Positions 1-9,527 of a DNA stretch of 64,000 nt are shown piece by piece (positions within the stretch are counted from its first letter, which is position 1; each line of letters begins with the position of its first letter). Source of the stretch: Minisyncoccota bacterium (GTDB taxonomy: Bacteria; Patescibacteriota; Microgenomatia; UBA1400; PJMF01); contig JAACWQ010000002.1 in assembly GCA_009991965.1 (NCBI GenBank), forward strand, positions 17,617 to 81,616, written 5' to 3'. The translations under genes were made by a program, and so were the position numbers. The notes under the pieces were generated by a model. It did no database searches and was not told where the DNA came from. It saw only the letters and a program-made list of their open reading frames with translations.

Positions 1-1052
1 TCAAAGGCTTGTTTGCTCAGTTCCAGCATCTCGTTCACATCGCCCGGCGCTAAGACAATTTTGGGAAACTCGCCATGGCCTGCGTAGCAAGCAAACAGCA
101 AATCAGCTTGCTCGGTCCAAGTTGGCAAACCAGTAGCTGGCCCTGGTCGCTGGCTGACGAACACCACTATAGGAATCTCTGCAATGCCGGAGTACGAGAG
201 GGATTCGGTCATGAGCGCAAAGCCACCACCAGAAGTACCGACGGCAGAGCGCACACCAGCAAAGGAAGCTCCAAGCGCCTCACTGATCACGCCGACTTCA
301 TCTTCTGCATGGCGTACAACCATGTTGGTGGTTTTTTGCCAGGCTGCCAAAGTGGCCAACACAGACGAAGAAGGAGTCATGGGGTACGAGGCATAAAAGC
401 GACAATCTGCAGCGGCTGCTCCAAGTGAAAAGGCGTCATTGCCGCCCATGACGAGTGGAGCTTCAACCGATTTTTTCCAGGGGAAAGCTGTTTTTTTTGG
501 TGATTGTGCTATGACAGCGTCATATCCTCGAGTGGCACAATTTTGGTTTGTAGCGGTAATCTCTTCACCTTTTCTGCCAAATTGATCTGCGATCAGATCA
601 ATCAGCAATTCTCGTCTGCCACCGACAAGTGCCCAACTTGCGCCGAGTGCGATCATGTTTGCCATGATGCTATTTGCCTTGAGTTCTGCCAACAGTTCTT
701 TTATTGGCAGCGGAATAATGGTGTACTCAGTATCTTTTGGCACATCTCTGGCTGCAGGATCGAGCAACACGATGCTGTTTTCTCCCAGCCTGTGTTTGTG
801 CTCTTCGAGTGTGATTGCATCGAGACAAACAAGATAGTCTACTTGCCATTGGCGGTTGCTAACGGGGGTGGCGTCGCAAAATACTTCGTAGGTGTTGTGT
901 CCGCCTTGGATGAGTGACGGGTACTCGGCGTAGTCAAAAACCTGTCCGCCAGATTGGGCGCAGAGTTTACTAAAGAGCAGGCCAGTTGTCATGACACCTT
1001 GACCAGCGGGTGCGCCCACTTTCCACAAAAAACCGGTTTGTTGGGCTGCCAT
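1..1052 (-). CDS. 2-oxoacid:ferredoxin/flavodoxin oxidoreductase alpha subunit, N-terminal gamma-like domain fused to the TPP domain (KorA-like). Partial: the 3' end runs off the window edge.
   Basis: Manual reverse translation from the ATG at 1052 gives MAAQQTGFLWKVGAPAGQGV...AADCRFYASYPMTPSSSV (the YPITPS TPP motif of OFOR alpha subunits)...EIPIVVFVSQRPGPATGLPT. The frame is open to position 1. The ATG overlaps the flavodoxin stop as TAATG. The plus-strand ORFs listed here are antisense artefacts. Confidence 0.7.
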   Translation of the reverse strand, partial: MAAQQTGFLWKVGAPAGQGVMTTGLLFSKLCAQSGGQVFDYAEYPSLIQGGHNTYEVFCDATPVSNRQWQVDYLVCLDAITLEEHKHRLGENSIVLLDPAARDVPKDTEYTIIPLPIKELLAELKANSIMANMIALGASWALVGGRRELLIDLIADQFGRKGEEITATNQNCATRGYDAVIAQSPKKTAFPWKKSVEAPLVMGGNDAFSLGAAAADCRFYASYPMTPSSSVLATLAAWQKTTNMVVRHAEDEVGVISEALGASFAGVRSAVGTSGGGFALMTESLSYSGIAEIPIVVFVSQRPGPATGLPTWTEQADLLFACYAGHGEFPKIVLAPGDVNEMLELSKQAF

Positions 1053-1513
1053 TATGCGGTGAGCTCGCTGAGTTGTTTGGCCCAGGACTTAATAGATGCT
1101 ACGCAAGCTGTCTCATTCAAGTAGTATTGGTCGAGCTTGAGTGCTTCGCCGAGTTGTTTGCCGGCCGCGGCAGTTGCCATTGTTGCAATTTCTTCTGCGG
1201 CGCCACAAAAGTAGGTGTAGTTGGAGTCCCCCAATGCAAGTATTGCGAATATAAATGGTATTGGCGGAGTCGTGTCGGCAAGTTTGTTAAAAAAGTGGAA
1301 AAAATCTTCGTGCGGCTGACCTTCTTTGCCCTCGTAATCCCAGCTGGGTGAGGCAAAAATAGTGAGTTCTGAATCGGTTAAAGTTTGCGCTGTTGCCGTA
1401 CTTACCTGGCTTACCGCGACCTCATGACCGATTTGCTGGAGTTCTTCGCTGAGCACCTCTGCGGCAGTATAGGTGCTGTTGGAATAGGTGGCGTAGAGGA
1501 TGGTTATTTTCAC
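1052..1513 (-). CDS. flavodoxin
   Basis: VKITILYATYSNSTYTAAEVL...ASPSWDYEGKEGQPHEDFFHFF...LALGDSNYTYFCGAAEEI is a typical short-chain flavodoxin. Likely GTG start at 1513; the listed ATG at 1621 would overlap the upstream MFS gene by 100 nt. Stop is coupled to the korA-like start. Confidence 0.8.
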   Translation of the reverse strand: MKITILYATYSNSTYTAAEVLSEELQQIGHEVAVSQVSTATAQTLTDSELTIFASPSWDYEGKEGQPHEDFFHFFNKLADTTPPIPFIFAILALGDSNYTYFCGAAEEIATMATAAAGKQLGEALKLDQYYLNETACVASIKSWAKQLSELTA

Positions 1514-1520
1514 AGTAGTA

Positions 1521-2771
1521 TCATAACATCGCCTTCTTCGAAATCCGAATATGCCGCGGCACGACCAGACCTGCTCCAATTGCCACAACCAACAGGAGGC
1601 CTGAGAATACCGCCATAGCATTCTGTGTACCGATAAACGTTGCGATCAGCGTGGCGCACATTGGTCCAAGAATCCAACTGAGGTTATTCGCCGACCGCTG
1701 GAGACCAATCAGATCGCCACCAAAGAGTCCTAGCCTCTCGACCAACTCTTCAAATGTCGCATTCATCTCTGGCAAGGCGAGCGAGACAAAAATTGACCCG
1801 ATAAAAATTGCGGCCAAAAGCTGCCAACCACCTGCAAAAAAGAAACCAAGCGTGAGTAATGCACTCCCGATACCAGCGCTGATAAACGCAGTGCGTGTTT
1901 TATCCCAGCGTTTGCCAGTTTGCGAAATGAGCAGTGGCACAAACAAAGAGGGAACAACATAGGCTGGAAGCAGGAAATTGCCAAGGTTGGTGTTTTTTGA
2001 CAATTCTGTAGATAGCAAAATACCAACACTCCAAAAACTGACATCGAGCAATACAATGGCAAGATAAAAGCCGTAAATATGCCAAACTTTTTTCATGAGC
2101 ACTCGCCACACTCGCAGCTCTTGTTTGAGGGTATGTGGGTGTTCAATTTCTTCATCTGAAGTAAGGTTTTGCATCCATTTTTTACTCAATTCAAAAATGG
2201 TATAGCTCAGCAGAAAGAACCCGAACACAGCCATGAACGGTACTCGAGTGTGCAAGCGTAAAAGCACAATGGCCAAAATAGGCGCGATTGTGTATGCAAT
2301 AGCTTTTACGACTTCTAACCACCCCCAGGTTGCAGCGCGGTGCTTTGCTTCGACTACACGCGAAATAAAACTGTAGTGGGCGAAGTTGCCACTCTCGAAA
2401 TACACCCCCCACAGTAAGCTAGCTATCGAAAGTACTATCAGTCCACGCGGGACACCAAACAGACTGAAGGCAGTCATGAGACCAAAAATTGTTGTTAGCC
2501 GAACATAAAAACGAAAGGTTTTGGTAGGAAACAAATCGGGAAATGCGAGATCACTCAAGAGGCCTGTGAGCGAACTTGCGCTGAGGATAATACCGACGGT
2601 AAGAATTGAAACGCCAAGTTCTTGGGTGACAATGGGGAGGCCGTATGCGACGAGTCCATCTGCAAGGTAAAAAAATAAGACAGTAGCGAGATAGCCGAGA
2701 ATGCCTGGGATTGTCAAAAGAGATCGAACGTGGCGAATAGTTGTTTGTCTGGCGTGGAAGCGATGGCGCAT
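1521..2771 (-). CDS. MFS transporter
   Basis: About 12 predicted TM segments with an MFS-like profile. Start taken at MRHRFHARQ (ATG 2771), 4 nt after the stop of the upstream MBL gene. The listed start at 2807 is the alternative. Confidence 0.7.
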   Translation of the reverse strand: MRHRFHARQTTIRHVRSLLTIPGILGYLATVLFFYLADGLVAYGLPIVTQELGVSILTVGIILSASSLTGLLSDLAFPDLFPTKTFRFYVRLTTIFGLMTAFSLFGVPRGLIVLSIASLLWGVYFESGNFAHYSFISRVVEAKHRAATWGWLEVVKAIAYTIAPILAIVLLRLHTRVPFMAVFGFFLLSYTIFELSKKWMQNLTSDEEIEHPHTLKQELRVWRVLMKKVWHIYGFYLAIVLLDVSFWSVGILLSTELSKNTNLGNFLLPAYVVPSLFVPLLISQTGKRWDKTRTAFISAGIGSALLTLGFFFAGGWQLLAAIFIGSIFVSLALPEMNATFEELVERLGLFGGDLIGLQRSANNLSWILGPMCATLIATFIGTQNAMAVFSGLLLVVAIGAGLVVPRHIRISKKAML

Positions 2772-2775
2772 GCCT

Positions 2776-3426
2776 CTACTGTACGCTAAAGTCGAGATGC
2801 TCAGCAAGAATGGTTTTGCCGTGACCGGGGTAAAGTAGTGTGGTGGTTGGTAGCTTAGCTAGTCGCTCGAGCGACTTTTTGAAATCTACTTTGCTCGAGT
2901 AACTATGGGTGCTTGTGCCAAGACCTTCGTCGGTGATCAGGTCGCCGCTGCAGATAAACGGAGTCGAGCCAGAGAAGACGCCAATCCCGATTCCGCCAGG
3001 TGTATGGCCAGGGAGATGAATGATTGAGAGTATTTCTTTACCAATCTTAAAGGTCGTCTCGTTTGTTAGCAAATTTGTTGCCGCCGGCACCGGATCAACT
3101 GGATAGCCAAGCCAGTGCGCTGCGCTTTTTTGCGCGCGTGCGAGGAGTGGAATATCAGCCGCGTGTAGCCAGGTTGGGATGCTGGCAATACTTGAGAGTG
3201 CGAGTGAACCAAGCACGTGGTCAAAATGCGCATGAGTAAAAACAATGACGGTTGGCTTCAGTTCCAATTCACTCAGCACCTCAAGTAAGAACTCGCCGCT
3301 GTCGGCCGGGTCAATCACGATTGCCTGTCGAGATGCAACGTCCCAGACGAAGTAGCAGTTGGTGGTCATGGCCCCAAGGGGGATTGTTGTGACTCGCAGC
3401 CGGCCGTGTTCGTTCGTTATGTACAT
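2776..3426 (-). CDS. MBL-fold metallo-hydrolase (glyoxalase II-like)
   Basis: FTHAHFDHVLG metallo-beta-lactamase motif; ...HLPGHTPGGIG; 216 aa. Confidence 0.75.
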   Translation of the reverse strand: MYITNEHGRLRVTTIPLGAMTTNCYFVWDVASRQAIVIDPADSGEFLLEVLSELELKPTVIVFTHAHFDHVLGSLALSSIASIPTWLHAADIPLLARAQKSAAHWLGYPVDPVPAATNLLTNETTFKIGKEILSIIHLPGHTPGGIGIGVFSGSTPFICSGDLITDEGLGTSTHSYSSKVDFKKSLERLAKLPTTTLLYPGHGKTILAEHLDFSVQ

Positions 3427-3445
3427 CTAAAGGTATAATACCCGC

Positions 3446-4138
3446 ATGAGCGCAGAGAGAATAGAACGACGATTGTATTTTGATATTGATAAGACAGTAA
3501 TAAATTCTGATCTACTCAAACAGAACATTATTAGCGCGCTCGCAGAGCATTGCAATGTAAGCAAGAAAATAGTCGCTTCCTACCTAGTCGGGTATCAAAA
3601 TTCCTTGCTTAAGTCCACAGATTTTGATCCAAAAGAACTCGCGGCATACATTGCTCAACACAAGACGGGGTTTACTACTCAGCAGCTTGAATCAGTGATC
3701 TTGAATGAAAAGAATTTTGATGACATAGTTTTTTCAGATTTTTTAAGTACAGTAACAAAAATCTCTCTCACGTTTGCAAAAAATCATTTAAGAGTGGGCA
3801 CCTATTCTGAGGGTGTAAAATTTTGGCAAGAGCTCAAATTACTACTTGCTGGGATTGACGGGGAATTTGACGGAGACTTACGAATTATTCGCAGGAGAAA
3901 GCTTGCTGCAGCAGTACTCGAGGAATTACCCGAGGGTTCTGCAGTTGTAGACGACAAAAAAGAAGTTGTCGACACCCTTGCCGAAGCGCGTCCTGATATA
4001 CATCCCATCTGGATCAACCGGAATTCAAAAGAAGTATCAAGTAAGACTGGCGTACACACAATTTTTTCACTGCGAGAACTATCGCCGTTATTGAAAACTC
4101 TCTGGTTAGGCTCCGATCAATCCACTCAAGCCAAGTAA
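3446..4138 (+). CDS. HAD-superfamily hydrolase
   Basis: N-terminal YFDIDKT (the DxD nucleophile motif of HAD); 230 aa. Confidence 0.55.
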   Translation: MSAERIERRLYFDIDKTVINSDLLKQNIISALAEHCNVSKKIVASYLVGYQNSLLKSTDFDPKELAAYIAQHKTGFTTQQLESVILNEKNFDDIVFSDFLSTVTKISLTFAKNHLRVGTYSEGVKFWQELKLLLAGIDGEFDGDLRIIRRRKLAAAVLEELPEGSAVVDDKKEVVDTLAEARPDIHPIWINRNSKEVSSKTGVHTIFSLRELSPLLKTLWLGSDQSTQAK

Positions 4139-4741
4139 ACCGCCCAAAACAACATTGATAATCGGTCTGATTAGCATGCTAATTGGTGACTGACCACCCC
4201 AAGGCATCAGCAATCCGACTAGTACAAGCGTGCCATAGCGCTGCATAAATGACTCGTATTCGTAGGCGATATTTCTTGGCAGGAGCGCAAGCAAGATCTT
4301 GCTGCCGTCGAGTGGAGCGACTGGTACGAGGTTAAACAGAGCGAGCATGACGTTGTAGAAAATGCTCAAACTAATAATGCTGCCGATTGCTGGCAAAAAA
4401 GGCAATGCAATTGCGAGAAGTAGCGCTGTGATGAGATTAATTGCTGGTCCAGCTAGGGCGATAAGGGCTGCATCACGTACGGGTTCCTTCAGGTTGTATG
4501 GATCAAATTGTACTGGTTTGCCCCAGCCAAAACCGATGACCAGGAGTGCGATACTGCCAAGTGGATCGAGGTGAGCGAGCGGATTGAGAGTTAATCTTCC
4601 TTGATGTCTTGGGGTGGGGTCGCCGAGTTTGTCGGCACTCCAGGCATGGGCAAATTCATGCACAGTGAGCGAGACCACAAGGACGCCAGCGAGGATGACA
4701 AACGAGAACGGATCTTGGAAAAGGAGTGAGAGCAAACCCAT
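4106..4741 (-). CDS. M50-family membrane metalloprotease (site-2 protease-like)
   Basis: HEFAHAW HExxH motif inside a TM helix, polytopic membrane protein, LDGSKIL-like downstream motif. Convergent 33-nt overlap with the HAD gene. Confidence 0.7.
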   Translation of the reverse strand: MGLLSLLFQDPFSFVILAGVLVVSLTVHEFAHAWSADKLGDPTPRHQGRLTLNPLAHLDPLGSIALLVIGFGWGKPVQFDPYNLKEPVRDAALIALAGPAINLITALLLAIALPFLPAIGSIISLSIFYNVMLALFNLVPVAPLDGSKILLALLPRNIAYEYESFMQRYGTLVLVGLLMPWGGQSPISMLIRPIINVVLGGLLGLSGLIGA

Positions 4742-4760
4742 GGTGGCTAGTATAACGCAG

Positions 4761-5021
4761 TTACTCTTTGCGCTCTTCTAAAATTTGAGGAATTGATTTT
4801 CCCTCAAACTTTTTTGGAATGGGGAAGAATTTTAAGTTTGCGGCAAGAATTACCATGGACATGCTCATAATAAAAAGCACCCATGTCAGAGCGGCGCCAA
4901 AATACCAGTAGGGTGACTCTGACCAGGACCCAACTTGAAGGGCGACCACAAGCATCATAACGAATGTTAATATACCGAAAATATTGAGTAGGTTGCTCAG
5001 TCCTTTATAAAAATTGTTCAT
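4761..5021 (-). CDS. small membrane protein, unknown function
   Basis: 86 aa with two hydrophobic helices and a clean ORF. No family recognised. Confidence 0.4.
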   Translation of the reverse strand: MNNFYKGLSNLLNIFGILTFVMMLVVALQVGSWSESPYWYFGAALTWVLFIMSMSMVILAANLKFFPIPKKFEGKSIPQILEERKE

Positions 5022-5092
5022 ATGCCTTTATTCTAGCATCTTTTTTAGGAGATTGCTGCTTCACAGCCTGGATGATACAATACGCCTCTGTT

Positions 5093-5311
5093 ATGGCATC
5101 CTTTACATTCAAATTTCCCAGCACCGCACATATTGGCAATAAAGTTTCTCATGCCAAAAATCGCACCAAGCGTCCATTTCGTTATAACCTCCACACCGTC
5201 ACTGTTATTGTTGACGGCAAGAAGCAACGCATGAAGGTTCCAACCAAGATGCTTAGAATGCTCAAGCGCTCGGGTGTAACCACTCACCACAAACCTCAGA
5301 CCGAGAAATAA
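5093..5311 (+). CDS. rpmB: 50S ribosomal protein L28
   Basis: ...GNKVSHAKNRTKRPFRYNLHTVTV... matches the bL28 core (SH-N-TKR-F-PNL). Start taken at MASFTFKF; the listed ORF starts 21 nt earlier at 5072. Confidence 0.7.
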   Translation: MASFTFKFPSTAHIGNKVSHAKNRTKRPFRYNLHTVTVIVDGKKQRMKVPTKMLRMLKRSGVTTHHKPQTEK

Positions 5312-6166
5312 TTACTCAAGTATTGCGTTTTTTACCTGATTCCAAGTCGCTGGTTGCTGACCGGCTAGCTGTACTTTGTTGTGCGGGAGCAGCTTCATCC
5401 GGGTTGGGCCTTTGCGCGTGGGCACCTCTGTCCAGAGTTGTGGCCAAGGTGAGTATGCTCTGGCGGCTGCTTCGAGCGGTGCGGGCAGATTGGCTATAGT
5501 ATCCTTGATCGTGTCCCAAGCAACAAAGCCATCGGCTTTTGTCAGCTTTTTTGCGACGGGGGTTGGTGATTCTGCTGGTTGGGGTGTTGGTTGCAATTCG
5601 CCTGAGCAAATTTGCTTCAGCAGGGTGGGAAGTTCGTCTGCTACCAGTGAAAATGCATGGTCGTAGTATTCGGTTTGCGTCCAAGTTGGCTCGACTGCAA
5701 AGGACTTTTGCCAGTACAAATCTCCCGCGTCCATGTCGGAGATAACTTCAATGAGTGAGACGGCTGATTCTTTTTCTCCGTGCAGCAGCACAAATTGACC
5801 TGGCGAGCTGCCACGCCAGCGGGGCAAGGCAGAGGGATGAATGTTTAAGGATTTAATCTTCGGCCAGACCTGGAGCCAGGCTGGAATCCAGTAGCCGAAA
5901 TCTACGACGAGTAAAAAGTCTGGTTGTGGTTGTTGGCTGAGTGCTTCTTTTGTTTCTTCTGTAATTTTTTCATGAATGTAGCTGATGGGGACTTTTGCTT
6001 GCTGGGCAAATTGGGCAAGCGGGTTTTCCTCCAGGATTTTTTTTCGCCCGCTCGGTTTTGCATTTGGCGTAATGATGGATGTCAAAGTGAAATCAGTTTG
6101 TTTGACGAGTGCCTCGGCGCACTGCGCTGTGTACTTGGTAGAGCCAGCGAGCGCGACTGAAATCAT
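5312..6166 (-). CDS. fmt: methionyl-tRNA formyltransferase
   Basis: SLNIHPSALPRWRGSSP (the NIHPSLLPRWRG motif). Lies downstream of def with an ATGA overlap. Confidence 0.9.
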   Translation of the reverse strand: MISVALAGSTKYTAQCAEALVKQTDFTLTSIITPNAKPSGRKKILEENPLAQFAQQAKVPISYIHEKITEETKEALSQQPQPDFLLVVDFGYWIPAWLQVWPKIKSLNIHPSALPRWRGSSPGQFVLLHGEKESAVSLIEVISDMDAGDLYWQKSFAVEPTWTQTEYYDHAFSLVADELPTLLKQICSGELQPTPQPAESPTPVAKKLTKADGFVAWDTIKDTIANLPAPLEAAARAYSPWPQLWTEVPTRKGPTRMKLLPHNKVQLAGQQPATWNQVKNAILE

Positions 6167-6750
6167 AGCTGTTTGGCTCCCAGTGCAATGAGCATCTCTG
6201 GCGCCAGGAGCTCGAGGTCTTCTGTTTCTGGGTTTTCGCTATAAATAGGCAGTCCAAAAGTCAGCGAGTAATCAATAAAGAGAATGCCGTTCAGGTGGTC
6301 GAGTTCGTGTTGGGCTACGCGGGCGGGAAAGTCGTTGAGGTGTTCTTTTACAGTCGTCAACTTGCCATCGATAATTTTATCGTACTGGAGGTCAATCCAC
6401 TCCCAGCGGGGGACTGATCCATAGATTTTGGGGATGGAGAGACAGCCTTCAAGGCGCGGTTCTCCGCCGTCTGGACCAAGTATCTTGTCTGTACTTTGAT
6501 CAACGATTTTTGGATTGATGTAGCATTTGATATTTCCCTCCAATTGGATTGCAAACATACGTTTGCCGACAGCAATTTGCGGAGCTGCTAGTCCCACACC
6601 TCGAGGATTTCGGGTTGCTTTGAGCGAGTTCGTCAGCAAAACAGAGAGTTCCAGCAGTTTGCTGTCGACTTCCGTCACAACTGCAGCGACTTCACGCAGT
6701 GCCGGATGGGGAATATGTACAATTGGTGCGGTTTTTGTTCGGCGTATCAT
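6163..6750 (-). CDS. def: peptide deformylase
   Basis: GVGLAAPQ, EGCLSIP and HELDHLNG, the three PDF motifs. Confidence 0.9.
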   Translation of the reverse strand: MIRRTKTAPIVHIPHPALREVAAVVTEVDSKLLELSVLLTNSLKATRNPRGVGLAAPQIAVGKRMFAIQLEGNIKCYINPKIVDQSTDKILGPDGGEPRLEGCLSIPKIYGSVPRWEWIDLQYDKIIDGKLTTVKEHLNDFPARVAQHELDHLNGILFIDYSLTFGLPIYSENPETEDLELLAPEMLIALGAKQL

Positions 6751-8903
6751 AGTTTTTGTTGCGAGCGGGTTGTGTCAAGTAATTTTTGGGCAGTTTGGTT
6801 ACTTGGATCTCGAGTTAAAATATACTCAAGCTCTATTTCCGCTTCGTCGTACTTTTCTTGTTGTAGTAGTTGTTTACTCAATTCCCAGCGGGCGGCGTCG
6901 TAATTTGATTTGAATTCTATTGCTCGTCGTAGCCACTCGATAGTTCCTTCGGCATCTCCTTGATTGGCCGAAATGATGCCCAGATTATACATGGTCTTGG
7001 CGTCGGTTGGTGCAAATTGCAGCTCGAGCTCAAGTGCAGCTTTTGCTTGTGCGAGTAGTGCTGGCTCAAGTTGGGCGAGTGTAAGAAAAATTTGTGCGCG
7101 GGTTTTATAAAAATTTCGTTGTTGCGGGTTAAGTGCCAGGGTCTGGTCGCTCAAATTGACAGCCGTTATGGCAAGTTGGCTTGCGCTGGTGGCGTCTCCA
7201 GCCAGGCCGAGCGTGGTGGCTGCACTTGCATAGGTTACTGCTAGCGTATCGACGTACTGCGCTTCTTGAGGCGAGAGCGTGACTGCGTCGGTTAGGTCCT
7301 GGAGTGCCGCTTCCCATTGCTGTTGGTCAGACTCGAGCGTGCCGCGCGCATAGAGAACATCGGCACGTCGTGTTTCTAGCACCAAGAACAGCAAATATCC
7401 AGTCACACCGGTCAATACTACGATCTGTAGCCAAGAAAAGGATGAAACCTTTTGAATCGGGCCGATGCCGCGTGCTGCTTTCGCCGTAGTTGTCTGAACA
7501 GTAATTGCCAAGACTGCCAGATAAAAGAAGAGTAAAACAGAAACAACTACGGTTGAGAAACCAAAGAAATTGCTGACAGAGAGCGCTGCGATAGCACCCA
7601 AGAGAGCAATAGCTGTTGTAGCCTCGACGGATGACGTTTTTTTATCGACGATCCGACGGAGTGCGCTCACGACAGCGGTTGCCAAAATACTCAAGTAACT
7701 AATGAGTCCAACGATGCCAGTGGTTGCGAGGAGGTTCAAGAACTCGTTGTGTGCTTTGTTGTAGAGAAAGTTCCATTCTGAGACGAGATTGTGTTCGATC
7801 GGGCGATCAAGATAGTAACTATAGGCAAAGGTTTCTACACCAGAGCCGAGAAGCGGATATCTTTGCCAGATGGCTAGGGCACCACGCCAAACTATTTTGC
7901 GAATTTCCGCCGAGCTGCTGCCGCCAAGTTCGAGTCGGTTAGCGACAACCTCTGGCTCGCTTTCGATGACCATCGGAGCGCTGCGATGTGTCAGTTGTTG
8001 CAGCGAAGGTGAATAAACAGAGCCAAAAATCAACAAGGAGAGCCCGAGTGGCAGTGCGACAAGGAGTGCGCGCTTGAGTAAGCTTGTATCAATAAACTTC
8101 CCTTTCTCTCTATTCCAAAACATTCGCAAAAGCGTGAGCACAGCGGTGACACCAACACCAACTCCAAGTCCGAGTAACCCAGATCTCGATTGGGTAAACA
8201 GCAGCGTGAGGAACAACGTGAGCGTAACTACTACTGCAAAAATACGTCGAGCGCGGAGTTTGGAAAAAATTGCGAGCATGCTACTGATCGGCAGGAGTGT
8301 AATCGCATAGGCAGCGAGCCAGTTCGGTTGGCCGAAGGTAGCGAATACTCTTGATTGCACATCTTGTTTCCAGCAGCTGACATCAAAGGTGCGTGCGTTT
8401 GGTACGAGCAGACAGCTTGCGGAGTGTCCAAAATGCTCTGGAATAGCATAGAGTGAAACAAGCAATCCTCCGATGAGTGCGCTAAAAAAGTAGGTGGGAA
8501 TATCTCGTTTTCGCACGTGGGCAACGAAACTCCAATATAGGAGAACGTATGAAATAGTAGAGAGTAGGCAGCCGTGGTAGCGCGAGTAGTAGCCGAGGAG
8601 GGATGTGCGTGGATGAATAGAAAAAATGGTTGAGAGTAATTGCGAGATGAGAAAAATCAGCAAGGGAATGTCGAGCACACTTGGTTGCCAGATAAAACGT
8701 CGTTGGATGACCATGCGTCCCAGCCAAGCGCCTGTAATCAGAATGGTTAGCGAGTAGACTGCCAACATTTTATCGAACTCAAAAAGTTCTTTGGTGTCAA
8801 ATGAATATGAGAAGTAGAGTGGTACAAATAGGAGAAGAAGCACAAAGCTCATACGGATGAGTCGGATGAGCTGTTGATCGAGTTTTTCGCCTGTGGTTAT
8901 CAT
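6747..8903 (-). CDS. O-antigen ligase/polymerase-like (Wzy_C-type) polytopic membrane protein with a C-terminal TPR domain
   Basis: 718 aa. N-terminal two thirds is multi-TM with a large periplasmic loop; C-terminal ~200 aa is TPR-like (AQYVDTLAVTYA..., RRAIEFKSNYDAARWEL). Confidence 0.65.
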   Translation of the reverse strand: MITTGEKLDQQLIRLIRMSFVLLLLFVPLYFSYSFDTKELFEFDKMLAVYSLTILITGAWLGRMVIQRRFIWQPSVLDIPLLIFLISQLLSTIFSIHPRTSLLGYYSRYHGCLLSTISYVLLYWSFVAHVRKRDIPTYFFSALIGGLLVSLYAIPEHFGHSASCLLVPNARTFDVSCWKQDVQSRVFATFGQPNWLAAYAITLLPISSMLAIFSKLRARRIFAVVVTLTLFLTLLFTQSRSGLLGLGVGVGVTAVLTLLRMFWNREKGKFIDTSLLKRALLVALPLGLSLLIFGSVYSPSLQQLTHRSAPMVIESEPEVVANRLELGGSSSAEIRKIVWRGALAIWQRYPLLGSGVETFAYSYYLDRPIEHNLVSEWNFLYNKAHNEFLNLLATTGIVGLISYLSILATAVVSALRRIVDKKTSSVEATTAIALLGAIAALSVSNFFGFSTVVVSVLLFFYLAVLAITVQTTTAKAARGIGPIQKVSSFSWLQIVVLTGVTGYLLFLVLETRRADVLYARGTLESDQQQWEAALQDLTDAVTLSPQEAQYVDTLAVTYASAATTLGLAGDATSASQLAITAVNLSDQTLALNPQQRNFYKTRAQIFLTLAQLEPALLAQAKAALELELQFAPTDAKTMYNLGIISANQGDAEGTIEWLRRAIEFKSNYDAARWELSKQLLQQEKYDEAEIELEYILTRDPSNQTAQKLLDTTRSQQKL

Positions 8904-8941
8904 CTTGTGGTGAGTATACAGCGACTGCTATACTTGAATCT

Positions 8942-9511
8942 ATGCAAGATTTTGTTGCCCAACCAAATATGGTAGTTGATCCAGTTACTCCCCAGAACTC
9001 ATATGTAGATGAGTACCAACCACCAAGTTCAATGCCAATGCCTGCTGCTACGCTCGATACACCAGACAACACAAAAGAAGCGCTCGAAGATCAAAATATT
9101 TTTGAGTTGCTCGGTGTCAGCGATGGTACTGACGAGGAAAAAGAAGCATTTTTGCTCGAACTGCAACGCGTGCTCTGGGACGACTTTTTACAGTACGACG
9201 TACAGCTTCTGATCACCAAAGAAGAGTATGCGGAGTTGCAAACACAACGTGACTCCAAGACCTCCGCAGAGGAAAAAGAAGAAGCAGTTGTCGCATATTT
9301 GGAGAAATTGATTCCAGACCTTGAAGAAATCATGCTCGAGAAGGCACTTGAGCTCAAGGGAGATATGGTGCGCGAGCGAATTACTGGCCTGAGAGAACTG
9401 TATGCCAGTGATCCAGACAAAATTGCAGAACTCGATAAAGCAGCGACATATGTCCAAGCAGGCAGTTGGCGCTCAGCCGCAACTACGCTCAACGCCTTAC
9501 CTACTTCCTGA
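8942..9511 (+). CDS. acidic hypothetical protein
   Basis: 189 aa, Glu/Asp-rich, coiled-coil-like. Sits immediately upstream of mreB. No family recognised. Confidence 0.45.
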   Translation: MQDFVAQPNMVVDPVTPQNSYVDEYQPPSSMPMPAATLDTPDNTKEALEDQNIFELLGVSDGTDEEKEAFLLELQRVLWDDFLQYDVQLLITKEEYAELQTQRDSKTSAEEKEEAVVAYLEKLIPDLEEIMLEKALELKGDMVRERITGLRELYASDPDKIAELDKAATYVQAGSWRSAATTLNALPTS

Positions 9512-9527
9512 GTTACAATAGCAAAAC

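Noticed and set aside
75-917. Plus-strand ORFs 75-428, 184-396, 504-917 and 655-837
   Set aside because: They are antisense to the clearly coding korA-like gene on the minus strand (YPITPS motif etc.). No motifs; these are typical shadow ORFs.
1010-1351. Plus-strand 113-aa ORF and minus 1117-1356
   Set aside because: They overlap the flavodoxin CDS in other frames and are Cys-rich nonsense. Rejected as shadow ORFs.
5045-5290. Minus-strand 81-aa ORF
   Set aside because: Antisense to rpmB (bL28), which has a recognisable family signature. Shadow ORF.
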